Positions 1-8,899 of a stretch of DNA of 64,000 nucleotides are shown piece after piece. Location: the NCBI GenBank assembly GCA_965226375.1, contig CBDDCX010000008.1, forward strand, positions 1,152,001 to 1,216,000, in the 5' to 3' direction. Every line of letters starts with the position of its first letter. Positions within the stretch are counted from its first letter, which is position 1. The notes below the pieces were generated by a model that was not told the DNA's origin, ran no database searches, and was given only the letters and a program-made list of their open reading frames with translations. Both the position numbers and the translations under genes were made by a program. This DNA comes from Longimicrobiales bacterium (GTDB lineage Bacteria; Gemmatimonadota; Gemmatimonadetes; Longimicrobiales; Gaopeijiaceae).

Positions 1-87
1 TCATGGCCGTCAAGGCAGCGCTGGGCGTTCTGAATCTGACGGCGGGCTAGCACAGGGGCCTGCCCCGAGATGATCCAGGCGAGTAGA

Positions 88-126
88 GAGGGCTCCCTAG
101 CTATCGCGGCTGGGGAGCCTTCTTCT
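88..126. terminator. GC-rich hairpin between convergent genes, probable intrinsic terminator
   Basis: gagggctccctagc (88-101) pairs with gctggggagccttc (109-122); lies between a + strand stop at 48-50 and a - strand stop at 127-129. Confidence 0.5.
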
Positions 127-379
127 CTAGGGAAGTATTGACATGATGTCTTCCACCTTGATCCAAGGATAATCATCCGAGTCTCCCCTCTTCTGCTTTA
201 CTAGTGCCTTGAATTTCTTTGAATCTAGCTCCTTCTTCCCGAGCTTTTCATCCTTCAGAAATTCGAGCGCCACCGGAAATATTGTATGTACCGCAGTCCT
301 CACATGGAATGAGGGTTCCGTCGCCCGTACTAGCTAGGCACTTCGCGGGCTTCTCGCAGACTGGACAGGTATCTCGCAT
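127..379 (-). pseudogene. Small zinc-ribbon protein with a 1-nt frameshift (not in ORF track)
   Basis: RBS GGAGGG then ATG at 379: MRDTCPVCEKPAKC..PCEDCGTY (two CxxC); continues in another frame as ALEFLKDEKLGKK..SILP* to 127; span 253 nt = 3n+1. Confidence 0.5.
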
Positions 380-533
380 AATCATCCCTCCCTATAAGCT
401 CGATCAAATTGGCCCATCAACGAGCTGCCCGTACCCTGGATCCACCCGAAGGGGCCGAAACCCTCTCTGCGTGCGTACGTGAGACACGGAGCACGCAAAG
501 AATTAGAGTAGGGCGAAGGCAGAGAAAACGAAC

Positions 534-982
534 ATGTTGGGACTGCGAGAGAGAATGGCAGAGAATGGTAGTGCCCCTGGAACCGGGGAGGCCAAGCGAA
601 GCGCGGCAGCTCCTGCGGACCCGGAGGTAGTAGATAGGCCGCTACGGCGGCGGTTCAGTCCGTCGTACAAGCCCGGATCGTCGAAGAAGCGGACCGGTGC
701 ACCGAGCCCGGCGAGGTGGGTCAAGTCCTGCGGCGAGAGGGCCTGTACTCGTCGCACCTGACGACGTGGCGCAAGGCGGCGCATAGCGGGTCGCTGAAGG
801 CCCTGTCGAAGAAACGCGGCCGCAAGCCGGAGCGAAATCCGCTGGATGAGAAGGTACGCAAGCTGGAGCGGCGAAACGCACGGCTCGGGAATGAGCTCAG
901 GAAGGCACACCTGATCATCGACGTGCAGGGAAAAGTTGCGGGGCTGCTGGGGATAAGCCTCGACGACGGGACAAACTCTTGA
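534..982 (+). pseudogene. IS3-like transposase OrfA, 1-nt frameshift near 672
   Basis: ORFs 534-761 and 716-982 together match intact OrfA 43775-44224. Confidence 0.9.
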
Positions 983-1983
983 AGGCGGCCGATGAGCTGG
1001 CTAAGCACGTCGGTGTAAAACCGGCGTGCGCGGCCCTCGAGGTCTCCCGATCGACGTTGTACCGTCGTCGAGGCCCATCAACCGATCAACAGCAGCCCCG
1101 CCCGACGCCCGCCCGGGCATTGAGCGAGACGGAACGAGGCGAGGTCTTCGACACGCTGTGTTCGGAGCGGTTCGTGGACCGCTCACCCGCCGAGGTGGTG
1201 GCCACGCTGCTCGACGAAGAGGTCTACCTGTGCAGCGAACGCACGATGTATCGTGTTCTGGCCTCCGAGGTGCCGGTTCAGGAACGCCGGGCGCAGCGCA
1301 CCCATCCCGAGTACAAGAAGCCCGAGTTGATGGCCACGGCGCCGAACCAGGTGTGGTCCTGGGATATCACGCGGCTGCTCGGGCCGAAGAAGTGGAGCTA
1401 TTACTACCTCTACGTCATCATGGACATCTACAGCCGCTACGTCGTGAGCTGGATGGTGGCGGACCGGGAGAACTCGGCCCTGGCCGGCCGGTTGATCCAG
1501 CAGAGCTGCCTGAAGCATGGCGTCCAGCCCCAGGTCCTGACCCTGCACTCGGATCGGGGAGCTCCAATGACGAGCCAATGCACCGCTCAACTTCTCGCTG
1601 ACCTCGGCGTGACCCGCTCGTTGAGCCGGCCTCAGGTGTCGGATGACAACCCGTTTTCCGAGGCTCAGTTCAAAACCTTGAAGAATCCCTCGTTTCCCGG
1701 ACGGTTCGGGGATCAGGGCCAAGCCAAGACGTTCTGTCGATCGTTCTTCCGCTGGTACAATGCCGAGCACCGCCATGGCGGCATCTCGATGCTAACCCCC
1801 GAGCAGGTCCACTTCGGGAACGCCGATCAGGTCATTGCCGGCAGGAAATCCGTGCTCCGCGAAGCATGGGCCGCTCATCCCGAACGCTTCGTCAGAGGTG
1901 TGCCGAATCCCAAACCGCTCCCGGAGGCCGTCTTCATCAATCCTCCCATCCCTTCCCTCACCACACAGGACATTGCTCTCTAA
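979..1983 (+). CDS. IS3-like DDE transposase OrfB (rve integrase core)
   Basis: WSWDIT, HSDRG and DNPFSEAQFKTLK motifs; TTG start overlaps the orfA TGA. Confidence 0.92.
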   Translation: MKAADELAKHVGVKPACAALEVSRSTLYRRRGPSTDQQQPRPTPARALSETERGEVFDTLCSERFVDRSPAEVVATLLDEEVYLCSERTMYRVLASEVPVQERRAQRTHPEYKKPELMATAPNQVWSWDITRLLGPKKWSYYYLYVIMDIYSRYVVSWMVADRENSALAGRLIQQSCLKHGVQPQVLTLHSDRGAPMTSQCTAQLLADLGVTRSLSRPQVSDDNPFSEAQFKTLKNPSFPGRFGDQGQAKTFCRSFFRWYNAEHRHGGISMLTPEQVHFGNADQVIAGRKSVLREAWAAHPERFVRGVPNPKPLPEAVFINPPIPSLTTQDIAL

Positions 1984-2127
1984 TTAATCCCGTAGAGTGT
2001 CCCATTGTCGTTGACAGGTTCCGAAATGGCTCCAGGGGCGCTTCCAGGAGCTCTCAAGGGAAAGGAGAAGCCCCTCCTCCGGAATCACTCCGAGGGAGGG
2101 TTCTCTCTTGCGAATGATATTGCCAAA

Positions 2128-3193
2128 GGGGGTATTCCCTTAAGTCCACCGACCCCAAGATATAGTGGTTACCGGGGCTCTGCGGGCCGTTTCCCACGTC
2201 CGGTGCCGAGGTAAAGGGCCGAAGCTGGCGTGGGAGCACACTGAACAGCCTGCTCAAGCAAGCGGTAGAACAACAGGCCGCGAGCCCGGGATGTGCGTCG
2301 GTTGAAGCGAAAGGTGAACTCGTCCAGATAGTAGGGGAGGTGTTCGCGGGCGATCCCTCCTTGGAGGGTTCCGAGGACCCAGCGCTTGAGGAGAGACGCC
2401 ACCCGATGTACGGCCGACATGAGCACGTGAGCGGGATCGCCGGAGGTCGAGAGGTTCGTGACCGTGTGGCGAAAGCCCAGTTTGGCGAGTCCCTGATAGC
2501 TTGGCCATCCGTCGGTATGCACCGTGCTTGCCGGTGCGATGCTATCCTTGACGAAGCCTCGCAGAACCGGAGCGGAGAGGTCGGGCACCCAACGCAGCCG
2601 TATTCTCCCGATCTTGCGTCCGTCGACCTCGGCGGCGATCGCGACGATGGCCTTCTTGATCGTCTCGCGGCCCCGCACTCCAGCCTCCACGCCCCCGACA
2701 TAGCTCTCGTCCACTTGCACAACGCCGCTCAGCTGGTCGCGATCCGGTCGGACCATGGCCCGGCGGAGCTTGTGGAGCCAGACCCACGCTGTCTTGTAGC
2801 TTCCCAGTCCGAGCACGCGCTGGAGCCCGAGAGCATTGGCTCCGTATTTCTGGCTCGTGAGCTCCCAGGCAGCGAGAAACCACAGACGCAGGGGCGAGCG
2901 CGTGCGGTGGAACACGGTTCCCGCCAGCACCGAGGTCTGCCTTCGACAGTGTGGGCAGACGAGACGCCCCCGCGATGCTCGCCAGACCTCTCCCAACCCG
3001 CCACAGCCCACGCACACAAACCCTTCCGGCCAGCGCAGACCCTCCACGTACTCCAGGCATGCCGCATCGTCGGGGAAGAACTCGTCCAACTCCAGCCGCG
3101 TACGGGGATAGTCCACGCCGCCACGGAGCTGAGAAGCCGGAACCGCCATGACCACAACATGTAGTGGGCGGTGGACTTAAGGCTCATACCCCA
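2128..3193 (-). mobile_element. IS1595-family element, copy A
   Basis: IRs GGGGTATT(C/G)CCTTAAGTCCACCG (right IR slightly altered); imperfect flanking repeat tattgccaaa / ttttgccaaa; matches copies B and C. Confidence 0.92.
2169..3155 (-). CDS. IS1595-family transposase
   Basis: LRWPEGFVCxxC...CxxC zinc ribbon; VQVDESY, VHTDGW and YLDEFTFRFNRR motifs. Confidence 0.95.
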   Translation of the reverse strand: MVMAVPASQLRGGVDYPRTRLELDEFFPDDAACLEYVEGLRWPEGFVCVGCGGLGEVWRASRGRLVCPHCRRQTSVLAGTVFHRTRSPLRLWFLAAWELTSQKYGANALGLQRVLGLGSYKTAWVWLHKLRRAMVRPDRDQLSGVVQVDESYVGGVEAGVRGRETIKKAIVAIAAEVDGRKIGRIRLRWVPDLSAPVLRGFVKDSIAPASTVHTDGWPSYQGLAKLGFRHTVTNLSTSGDPAHVLMSAVHRVASLLKRWVLGTLQGGIAREHLPYYLDEFTFRFNRRTSRARGLLFYRLLEQAVQCAPTPASALYLGTGRGKRPAEPR

Positions 3194-3245
3194 TTTTGCC
3201 AAATTACATGAGGGGGTTGGCAAAACGCACGGGAGACTCTTTGAA

Positions 3246-3964
3246 ATGAATGCGAAGAAAGGACAAAGACAACATTCGCCGCAGGACTTGTGCCTCAATT
3301 CCTTCTTCGTAATTGGATCCGACTCTGACAATAGAGTCGGTGTTTTCCGGAAAAATATTCCCGGAATGCCTTACAGCCGTCTCAGTCCAAGAGCTACAGG
3401 GTATGAGGAGGGAGTCTATTCGTTGAAGGGGGTCCGAGATGTAGATTCGCGGATATAAATCTCGTGGAAGAGAGAGTCCTTAGCCTCATCGATAGCAATA
3501 GCGCGCAGGTCATCAATAAGCTACTTAAGTCTGGACTTTCTGAGATGGCTAATAAAGATGTTGAATGGTTGTATATTCTTGTGGCGTCTCTGGAGTTACG
3601 TCATCCTGACCACATTGAGAGCGTCAAGGAAATGGCCTACTCCGTGATAGCCGATGATATAGACGACGGGTTTGAGTTAACTAGACAGGTTCTCGAAACG
3701 ATGGAGAAACACCCGGAAATAGCCAGTAACCTACCTCGAAAGAACCTAGGTCTCCACATCTCGAGTCGAGCCAATATTTTACGAAAGGAGTTGCGATCGT
3801 TGGCATTAATGGACTTCACAGATGAAAGGGACCATCTGCTTCTGTCTGATCTTCCGCTCATTCGGACAAAGGGAGTAGAGGATCCAAATGTGGTTGTTGC
3901 GCTACCTATCAGCCCCTGGAAGCTAGTCTTGGGATTCAAGACGCCAATGTTCGAAACAGTCTAG
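3246..3964 (+). pseudogene. DUF4238-like protein, disrupted by frameshifts
   Basis: An alternative frame near 3287 reads LVPQFLLRNW, resembling the DUF4238 N-terminal motif; the downstream ORF has LLLSDLPL..VALPISPWKL; low GC. Confidence 0.55.
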
Positions 3965-4057
3965 GAGCCCAAGAAGAAACCCGAGGAGGTGTTCCCTTGG
4001 GAAAGGGTATCTCTCAAGGTTAGTTAAGGGGTCGACTTTTGCCCCCCTTTAACTAAT

Positions 4058-4429
4058 TTATGAAAGGATGCTCGGTTCCGGATCCTCGGGATCGGGGAAC
4101 CAATACACATGCTTCCTGCCCCGCACTTCCCATTCGAGAAGTCCATGATCCCGGAGAGCGCGTTTCGCCGCCTGAACGGTCCTCATGGAGAGCGAAGCGC
4201 GCTGAGCGATGGTCTGCATGGTGGGGAAGCATCGTCCGGTCGAGGAATTCTTGAATGAGCGGATGCTGACGTAGGTAGCTAATTCAGAACCCTTCAACCC
4301 GATAGCCTCCCAGGGAACAGGAACGAAACGCCGGGGGAGCCCTTTGCAGAGCGGACAGAGGATAGTCTTCTTTTTCTTGGTCATTGATGGTTCAATCATA
4401 CTACAGTGATGTAGTAGTATAGAATTCAC
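4058..4429 (-). CDS. Helix-turn-helix protein resembling phage/plasmid replication-initiator N-termini
   Basis: CFPTMQTIAQRASLSMRTVQAAKRALRDHGLL winged-HTH-like pattern; true start may be near 4384-4399. Confidence 0.6.
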   Translation of the reverse strand: MNSILLHHCSMIEPSMTKKKKTILCPLCKGLPRRFVPVPWEAIGLKGSELATYVSIRSFKNSSTGRCFPTMQTIAQRASLSMRTVQAAKRALRDHGLLEWEVRGRKHVYWFPDPEDPEPSILS

Positions 4430-4746
4430 AGAATCCTCAAAATTCAGGAATTCTTAATTCTTGATATGGTTATGAGGAGTCGGTGCAAGGGAGGTCCCCT
4501 CCGGAACAGTGAAGTTCTCGTGAGTGACTCTCCCTCGCAAAGCAGGATGTCAATGAGTCTGCCAGCGCGTTATAGGGTCGGAACTGTAGGCCGCTCCGAT
4601 TCGGTCCAAGCCTCCCCGCCCGCCCGATGGAATCTATTAGTGAGTCGCCCGCAGGGATCACCCGACGACTCATACCCTGACTTCAAGGGAGATTCCTTCT
4701 AGACGAAAGATAAGGGGTCCATTATCTCGGAGCAACGCACTGTCAT

Positions 4747-5202
4747 TTAACATACGCCCCCTGCCCGCAGGTCACTCTCGGACCACCAGACTCCTTTGGG
4801 TCCATTCCCTAACGCCCGGCCTGATTTCGTATGAATCAACTTCCAATGACCAGGGGGACCTCCCTCCGATTCCAATATGAAGTCCTTCTCAGCCGCCCTC
4901 TCATGCAAGCGGTCCTCCGGAGTCATCTCCGCCGTCCCGATCCTCTCCCGCGCTTCCGATCCTTCAGTCTGAAGTGGTGGGACTCCGAGCCGCTTTGCTA
5001 CATCCATCGTGTGCCAGGAATATTCTAGTCGACTCCAGGTGGTGCCGGGGAGATCGTATCCCTTCTTGTCGATGAGTCGCCAGCACTCGAAATCGATAGC
5101 TAGGGGATCTCTCCGGAGGGATTTCAACAGGACAAGTCCCTGACGAGATGCAGCTCTTCGAAGCCTGTTCTCATAGACCTTCTGCTGGATCGAAATCGCC
5201 AA
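4747..5202 (-). CDS. Hypothetical protein (accessory island)
   Basis: 151-aa ORF preceded by a GGAGAGGG-like RBS; family not recognised. Confidence 0.5.
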   Translation of the reverse strand: MAISIQQKVYENRLRRAASRQGLVLLKSLRRDPLAIDFECWRLIDKKGYDLPGTTWSRLEYSWHTMDVAKRLGVPPLQTEGSEARERIGTAEMTPEDRLHERAAEKDFILESEGGPPGHWKLIHTKSGRALGNGPKGVWWSESDLRAGGVC

Positions 5203-5267
5203 GTCCCTCTCCCCCTGAGGAGAGAGTATGGAGAAGGGTCCTGGGCGATTTTTCGGATAGGTCGAGG

Positions 5268-5300
5268 TATGCCGGAGAGTATGCCGGAAGATATGCCGGA
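5268..5300 (+). repeat. Three TATGCCGGA direct repeats at 12-bp period
   Basis: Copies at 5268, 5280 and 5292. Confidence 0.85.
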
Positions 5301-5489
5301 AAGGATGGGAGCCAGCCCGAGAGGAAAAATCCTGCTGAGGCTGTCGAGATATCCTAAATATATGTAAGGAAAGGACTTAGAGTCCGTCGAGTGAAAGGAC
5401 TTTCGGTGCTGCCAACTTTCATGTAAAACGCGATGAGAATGGGCCTATCCTCTTGAAAGATAAGGGGTTAGCCCCTCGGTCCAGTCAGA

Positions 5490-5517
5490 ACGCCAGACAA
5501 TATATATTATACGAACT
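5490..5517. other. Putative dif (XerC/XerD) site
   Basis: 11-6-11 layout ACGCCAGACAA-TATATA-TTATACGAACT; the right arm reverse-complements to AGTTCGTATAA, close to the pdif XerC arm ATTTCGTATAA; intergenic at the island/core boundary. Confidence 0.6.
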
Positions 5518-5597
5518 AACGCCGGATTACGTTAAAAGAGCAGAATCCCCGTCATTCATGGCGAATTCGGCCCCTTCAACGATTGAGTGGAGCTCCC

Positions 5598-6302
5598 TCA
5601 GCCCAATCCTTCGGCCACTCCCCGCATCTCGGCCAACCGTAACTCGTAGACTCCGCGTCCCGGGTCGTCGACCTCGAACGTCGCTAGAATCCGCTCGTAC
5701 AACTCGGCCGCACCCTCGATGTTCTGTTGGCGATGTCGTGCCCGTGCACCGCTCTCCAGGGCGTCGTGGATCTGGAAATCCAGATCCGCCCTATCCGCGA
5801 TGCGCAGATACAGGCCCTCGGCGTCCGACCAGCGACCCTGGTCCTCGTAGGCTCGAGCCAGGAGCGCACTGCCTTGCAGTCCCAAGGCGTCACCGAGCGA
5901 CAGGCCGCCACGCTCCAGCACGCTGATGGCCACTGCAGCGTCACCCGCCTCCAGATGCAACCGTCCCAGGAGGACCACCGCCTCCTGCGCCTCATTGGTC
6001 CCCTCGAAGCGGTCGAGGAACGTACTCAACTGTGCCTTGGCGTCCTCGAAAGCCGAAATCGATATCGACTGGTAGATGGATTCCAACTGGTTCATGGCCT
6101 GTATCGCCACCGAACGCTGGAAGTTGAGATAGTACAATCCACCGAAGATCAGCAGGGCCAGTACGACGCTGCCGAGCACCAGGAGCTGACGATTTACGCT
6201 CGCCCATCGCGACAGGTCCATGACACCGGCGACAAAGGCGTCGTCCTGTTGCTCGGGAGTGTGCGGCTGACGCCGCGACGCGGGGTGGCGGCGCTTCGAC
6301 AT
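5598..6302 (-). CDS. Membrane-anchored tetratricopeptide repeat protein (YfgM-like)
   Basis: N-terminal TM segment followed by TPR-like helices. Confidence 0.8.
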   Translation of the reverse strand: MSKRRHPASRRQPHTPEQQDDAFVAGVMDLSRWASVNRQLLVLGSVVLALLIFGGLYYLNFQRSVAIQAMNQLESIYQSISISAFEDAKAQLSTFLDRFEGTNEAQEAVVLLGRLHLEAGDAAVAISVLERGGLSLGDALGLQGSALLARAYEDQGRWSDAEGLYLRIADRADLDFQIHDALESGARARHRQQNIEGAAELYERILATFEVDDPGRGVYELRLAEMRGVAEGLG

Positions 6303-6378
6303 CGTGACTGATCCGACCTCGTGGGGAATTCCGCTAAAGAATTGAAAAACCTACCCTTAGCCGAATTTCCGGTCAACG

Positions 6379-6407
6379 GGTCGACCGCTTCGGGTAGCGG
6401 GTCGACC
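6379..6407. terminator. Hairpin downstream of the Crp/Fnr gene
   Basis: ggtcgaccgct...agcgggtcgacc inverted repeat just past the stop codon. Confidence 0.4.
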
Positions 6408-6413
6408 GACCCA

Positions 6414-7103
6414 CTACGACCGCTTCCGGGGTCGCCGTCGTGACGCCTCCGAGCCGGCCTTTCGTAAGGCGCCCGGTTTGGTGACGATCAAGGCACGGGG
6501 GCTTTGGCGTAGCACGCCATCGTAAATCCAATCGTTGATTGCGGTCGTAACCGTAGACCGGTGCGCCCCGGCGAGGTCTGCGAGCTCCTGATGTGTGAAC
6601 CAGTGCTCCAAACGGATCCGGCGTCCATCATCATCACCCAGCCGGTATGCCAGGTCCAGGAGGACATCGGCGATCCGTGCCCTGGACGAGGAACCGGAAG
6701 ACCCTGCGATGCGGCGCGCCTCCCGCAGGTCGCGGTCGTAGCTCGACAAGAAGGTCCCGAGTGTCTTGGGAGACCCTCTGAGGGCCTTGAATACTGCCAC
6801 GCCACTCAGGGACAGGATGACGCACGCGGAGCCTGCCACGGCCGCGTAGCGACGTGGTACGTCCGTTGTAACCGCCTCTTCGCCAAACAACTCGGCAGGT
6901 CCGGCGACGGCGACCGTACGCTCGGTCTCCTCTCCGGTGCGCGGAAGCGTCAGCCGGACATGACCTTCTTGTACAAGGAAGACCACATCCGCCTGTTCGC
7001 CACGACTGAAGATGGACTGTCCCTTTCGGTAGACCAAAGGCGTGGCAGCCTTGATCAGTCTATTCAGCTTTCGATCCCTTCGTGGGATCACCTTGAGTGG
7101 CAT
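6414..7103 (-). CDS. Crp/Fnr family transcriptional regulator
   Basis: cNMP-binding domain (LFGEEA) and C-terminal HTH THQELADLAGAHRSTVT. Confidence 0.92.
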   Translation of the reverse strand: MPLKVIPRRDRKLNRLIKAATPLVYRKGQSIFSRGEQADVVFLVQEGHVRLTLPRTGEETERTVAVAGPAELFGEEAVTTDVPRRYAAVAGSACVILSLSGVAVFKALRGSPKTLGTFLSSYDRDLREARRIAGSSGSSSRARIADVLLDLAYRLGDDDGRRIRLEHWFTHQELADLAGAHRSTVTTAINDWIYDGVLRQSPRALIVTKPGALRKAGSEASRRRPRKRS

Positions 7104-7113
7104 TCTTGCCTTT

Positions 7114-8328
7114 CTATGCGTGGCGCGCCCACCGGTGAGTCTTCAGGGCCGGGTGGAACGCCAGACCTGTACCGACGAGTAACACCGGAATCGAAATCAA
7201 AGCAGCGGTGCGAGCATCCATCAAGTCACCGAGGACCCCGGTCCCCAGAACAGCTACAGATCCGACGGCCCAGGCCAACCCCATGACGATCCCCGACCCC
7301 ACCGCGGTACTCTCGGGAACGATCTCCTGCGCCATCACGACGATGGGCGGTAGGAGGGCCATATTGAGGAATCCCGCGGCCGCCGCAAGGAGGAGCGCGC
7401 CGGCCGACCCCGCCGGGAGCCAGACCGCCAGCATATGGACGGGCACCGCCAAGGCGGTGATCCATGCGAGCAGCCGTACTCGATCTACCCGATCTGTCAG
7501 CATGCCGCCAGTGATCGTGCCCGCTCCCTGGGCGCCCAGGTAGATGCTCAGGGTCACGGCACCCATGGCTTCGGAGACCCCCGCGTCCGATGCAATGATG
7601 GGCACCATGGTCACGAACACGCGCTGAACGAAAGCGGCGAGGGCACTGATGCCGAAGATCACGCCCAGGGGCCCTCTGAGACATCTCATCACCTCACGGG
7701 GAGACGGTGGGGGTGCTGCGGCGGGATGTGGCCGATCGGCGGGGAGCACCCGGATGAGAATCACCGTGGCGACGATGGCCGGAAACATGGCCACCCAGAG
7801 TCCCCTCATGCCCCCCATCGACACCAGGGCAACGGCGATCAGGGGGCCGAACGCATAGCCCATGGTGCCCCCGAAAGAGAACAGAGACAGTCGCAGGCCA
7901 CTCCCCTTCCCCTCCGACGCCCGAGCGGACATGGCCGCCGCCGGCGGGTGGAAGACCGCGCTGCCCATACCTCCGAGAATCAGAAGAACCACCAACAGAC
8001 CGAAGGTCGGCGCAAACCCCATGAGCGACAGGAACACCCCCGATAAAAGCGGACCGGCGATGACCAGCGGCTTGCGACCGTAGCGATCGGCCCAGTACCC
8101 GACGAGAGGTTGTATGAGCGACGCGGCCAATGACAGCGTCATGACGAGCGACGCGGCCAGCGTGATGGAGAGCCCGAGGTTCTCCATGATTCTGGGGAGC
8201 AGTGGATGCAGAAATGAGGCGTATGCGTCGTTCAGCGCGTGGGCAACACCGACCGCCAAAGCCACACCTCTTGCCCCACCACCGAATCTGCGGATCCGGT
8301 GAGATTGTTCGACGCTGGTGACGTGCAT
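7114..8328 (-). CDS. MFS transporter (Fsr-like)
   Basis: HALNDAY..PLLP start, ADRYGRK motif A, FHPPA; about 12 TM segments. Confidence 0.9.
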   Translation of the reverse strand: MHVTSVEQSHRIRRFGGGARGVALAVGVAHALNDAYASFLHPLLPRIMENLGLSITLAASLVMTLSLAASLIQPLVGYWADRYGRKPLVIAGPLLSGVFLSLMGFAPTFGLLVVLLILGGMGSAVFHPPAAAMSARASEGKGSGLRLSLFSFGGTMGYAFGPLIAVALVSMGGMRGLWVAMFPAIVATVILIRVLPADRPHPAAAPPPSPREVMRCLRGPLGVIFGISALAAFVQRVFVTMVPIIASDAGVSEAMGAVTLSIYLGAQGAGTITGGMLTDRVDRVRLLAWITALAVPVHMLAVWLPAGSAGALLLAAAAGFLNMALLPPIVVMAQEIVPESTAVGSGIVMGLAWAVGSVAVLGTGVLGDLMDARTAALISIPVLLVGTGLAFHPALKTHRWARHA

Positions 8329-8475
8329 GCCGGGAGCTTACAGGTCCAGGTTCACACGCGCTACCAGGCCTCGAGCCCGGCTACGAGCGACCCGTGAGAT
8401 CCTGGCTCAGCGCCCCGTGCTCCCCTATGCTCCCCGTCAACGGACAGGCGTCCGGGCCGCTCAGACCCCCTTCCC

Positions 8476-8859
8476 ATGGCCGAGGAGATCATGGAACGGA
8501 CATTCGCCCTGATGGGATCGCTCCTGGCCATGATAGCCGTGGTCCTCGGCGCCTTCGGCGCACACGCACTTCGAGGACGCTTGAGCCCGGAAGATCTGGC
8601 CACGTTCGAGACGGGAGTTCGCTACCAGATGTACCATGCTCTGGCGCTGTTCGCCGTCGCCTGGGCTGCATCGCGGTGGCCGTCGGGTGCCTCCACGGCC
8701 GCGGGGTGGCTCTTCGTGGTCGGCATCGTCGTCTTTTCCGGCAGCCTGTACGTGCTGGTGATGACCGGACAGCGCTGGCTGGGCGCGGTCACGCCTCTGG
8801 GAGGATTGCTGATGATCTGCGGGTGGGCGGCCCTGGGCTGGGCCATCTTCCGAGGCTGA
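8476..8859 (+). CDS. DUF423 / YgdD-family membrane protein
   Basis: GAFGAHAL, YQMYHALAL, FSGSLY and GAVTPLGG motifs. Confidence 0.93.
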   Translation: MAEEIMERTFALMGSLLAMIAVVLGAFGAHALRGRLSPEDLATFETGVRYQMYHALALFAVAWAASRWPSGASTAAGWLFVVGIVVFSGSLYVLVMTGQRWLGAVTPLGGLLMICGWAALGWAIFRG

Positions 8860-8899
8860 TCGAAAGGCCAGCCGATGACGGCGATGATCGGTCGGGTCC

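Larger units (their letters stand above)
461..2023 (+). mobile_element. IS3-like insertion sequence, copy 1 (orfA frameshifted)
   Basis: Near-identical to 42731-44297; ends CCCTCTC-TG... and ...CA-GGTTCCG; flanked by AAA (458-460, 2024-2026); 4 nt shorter than copy 2 (one 1-nt and one 3-nt deletion). Confidence 0.9.

Noticed and set aside
1..50. Gene end MAVKAALGVLNLTAG* as a MazF-like toxin tail
   Set aside because: Too short to assign
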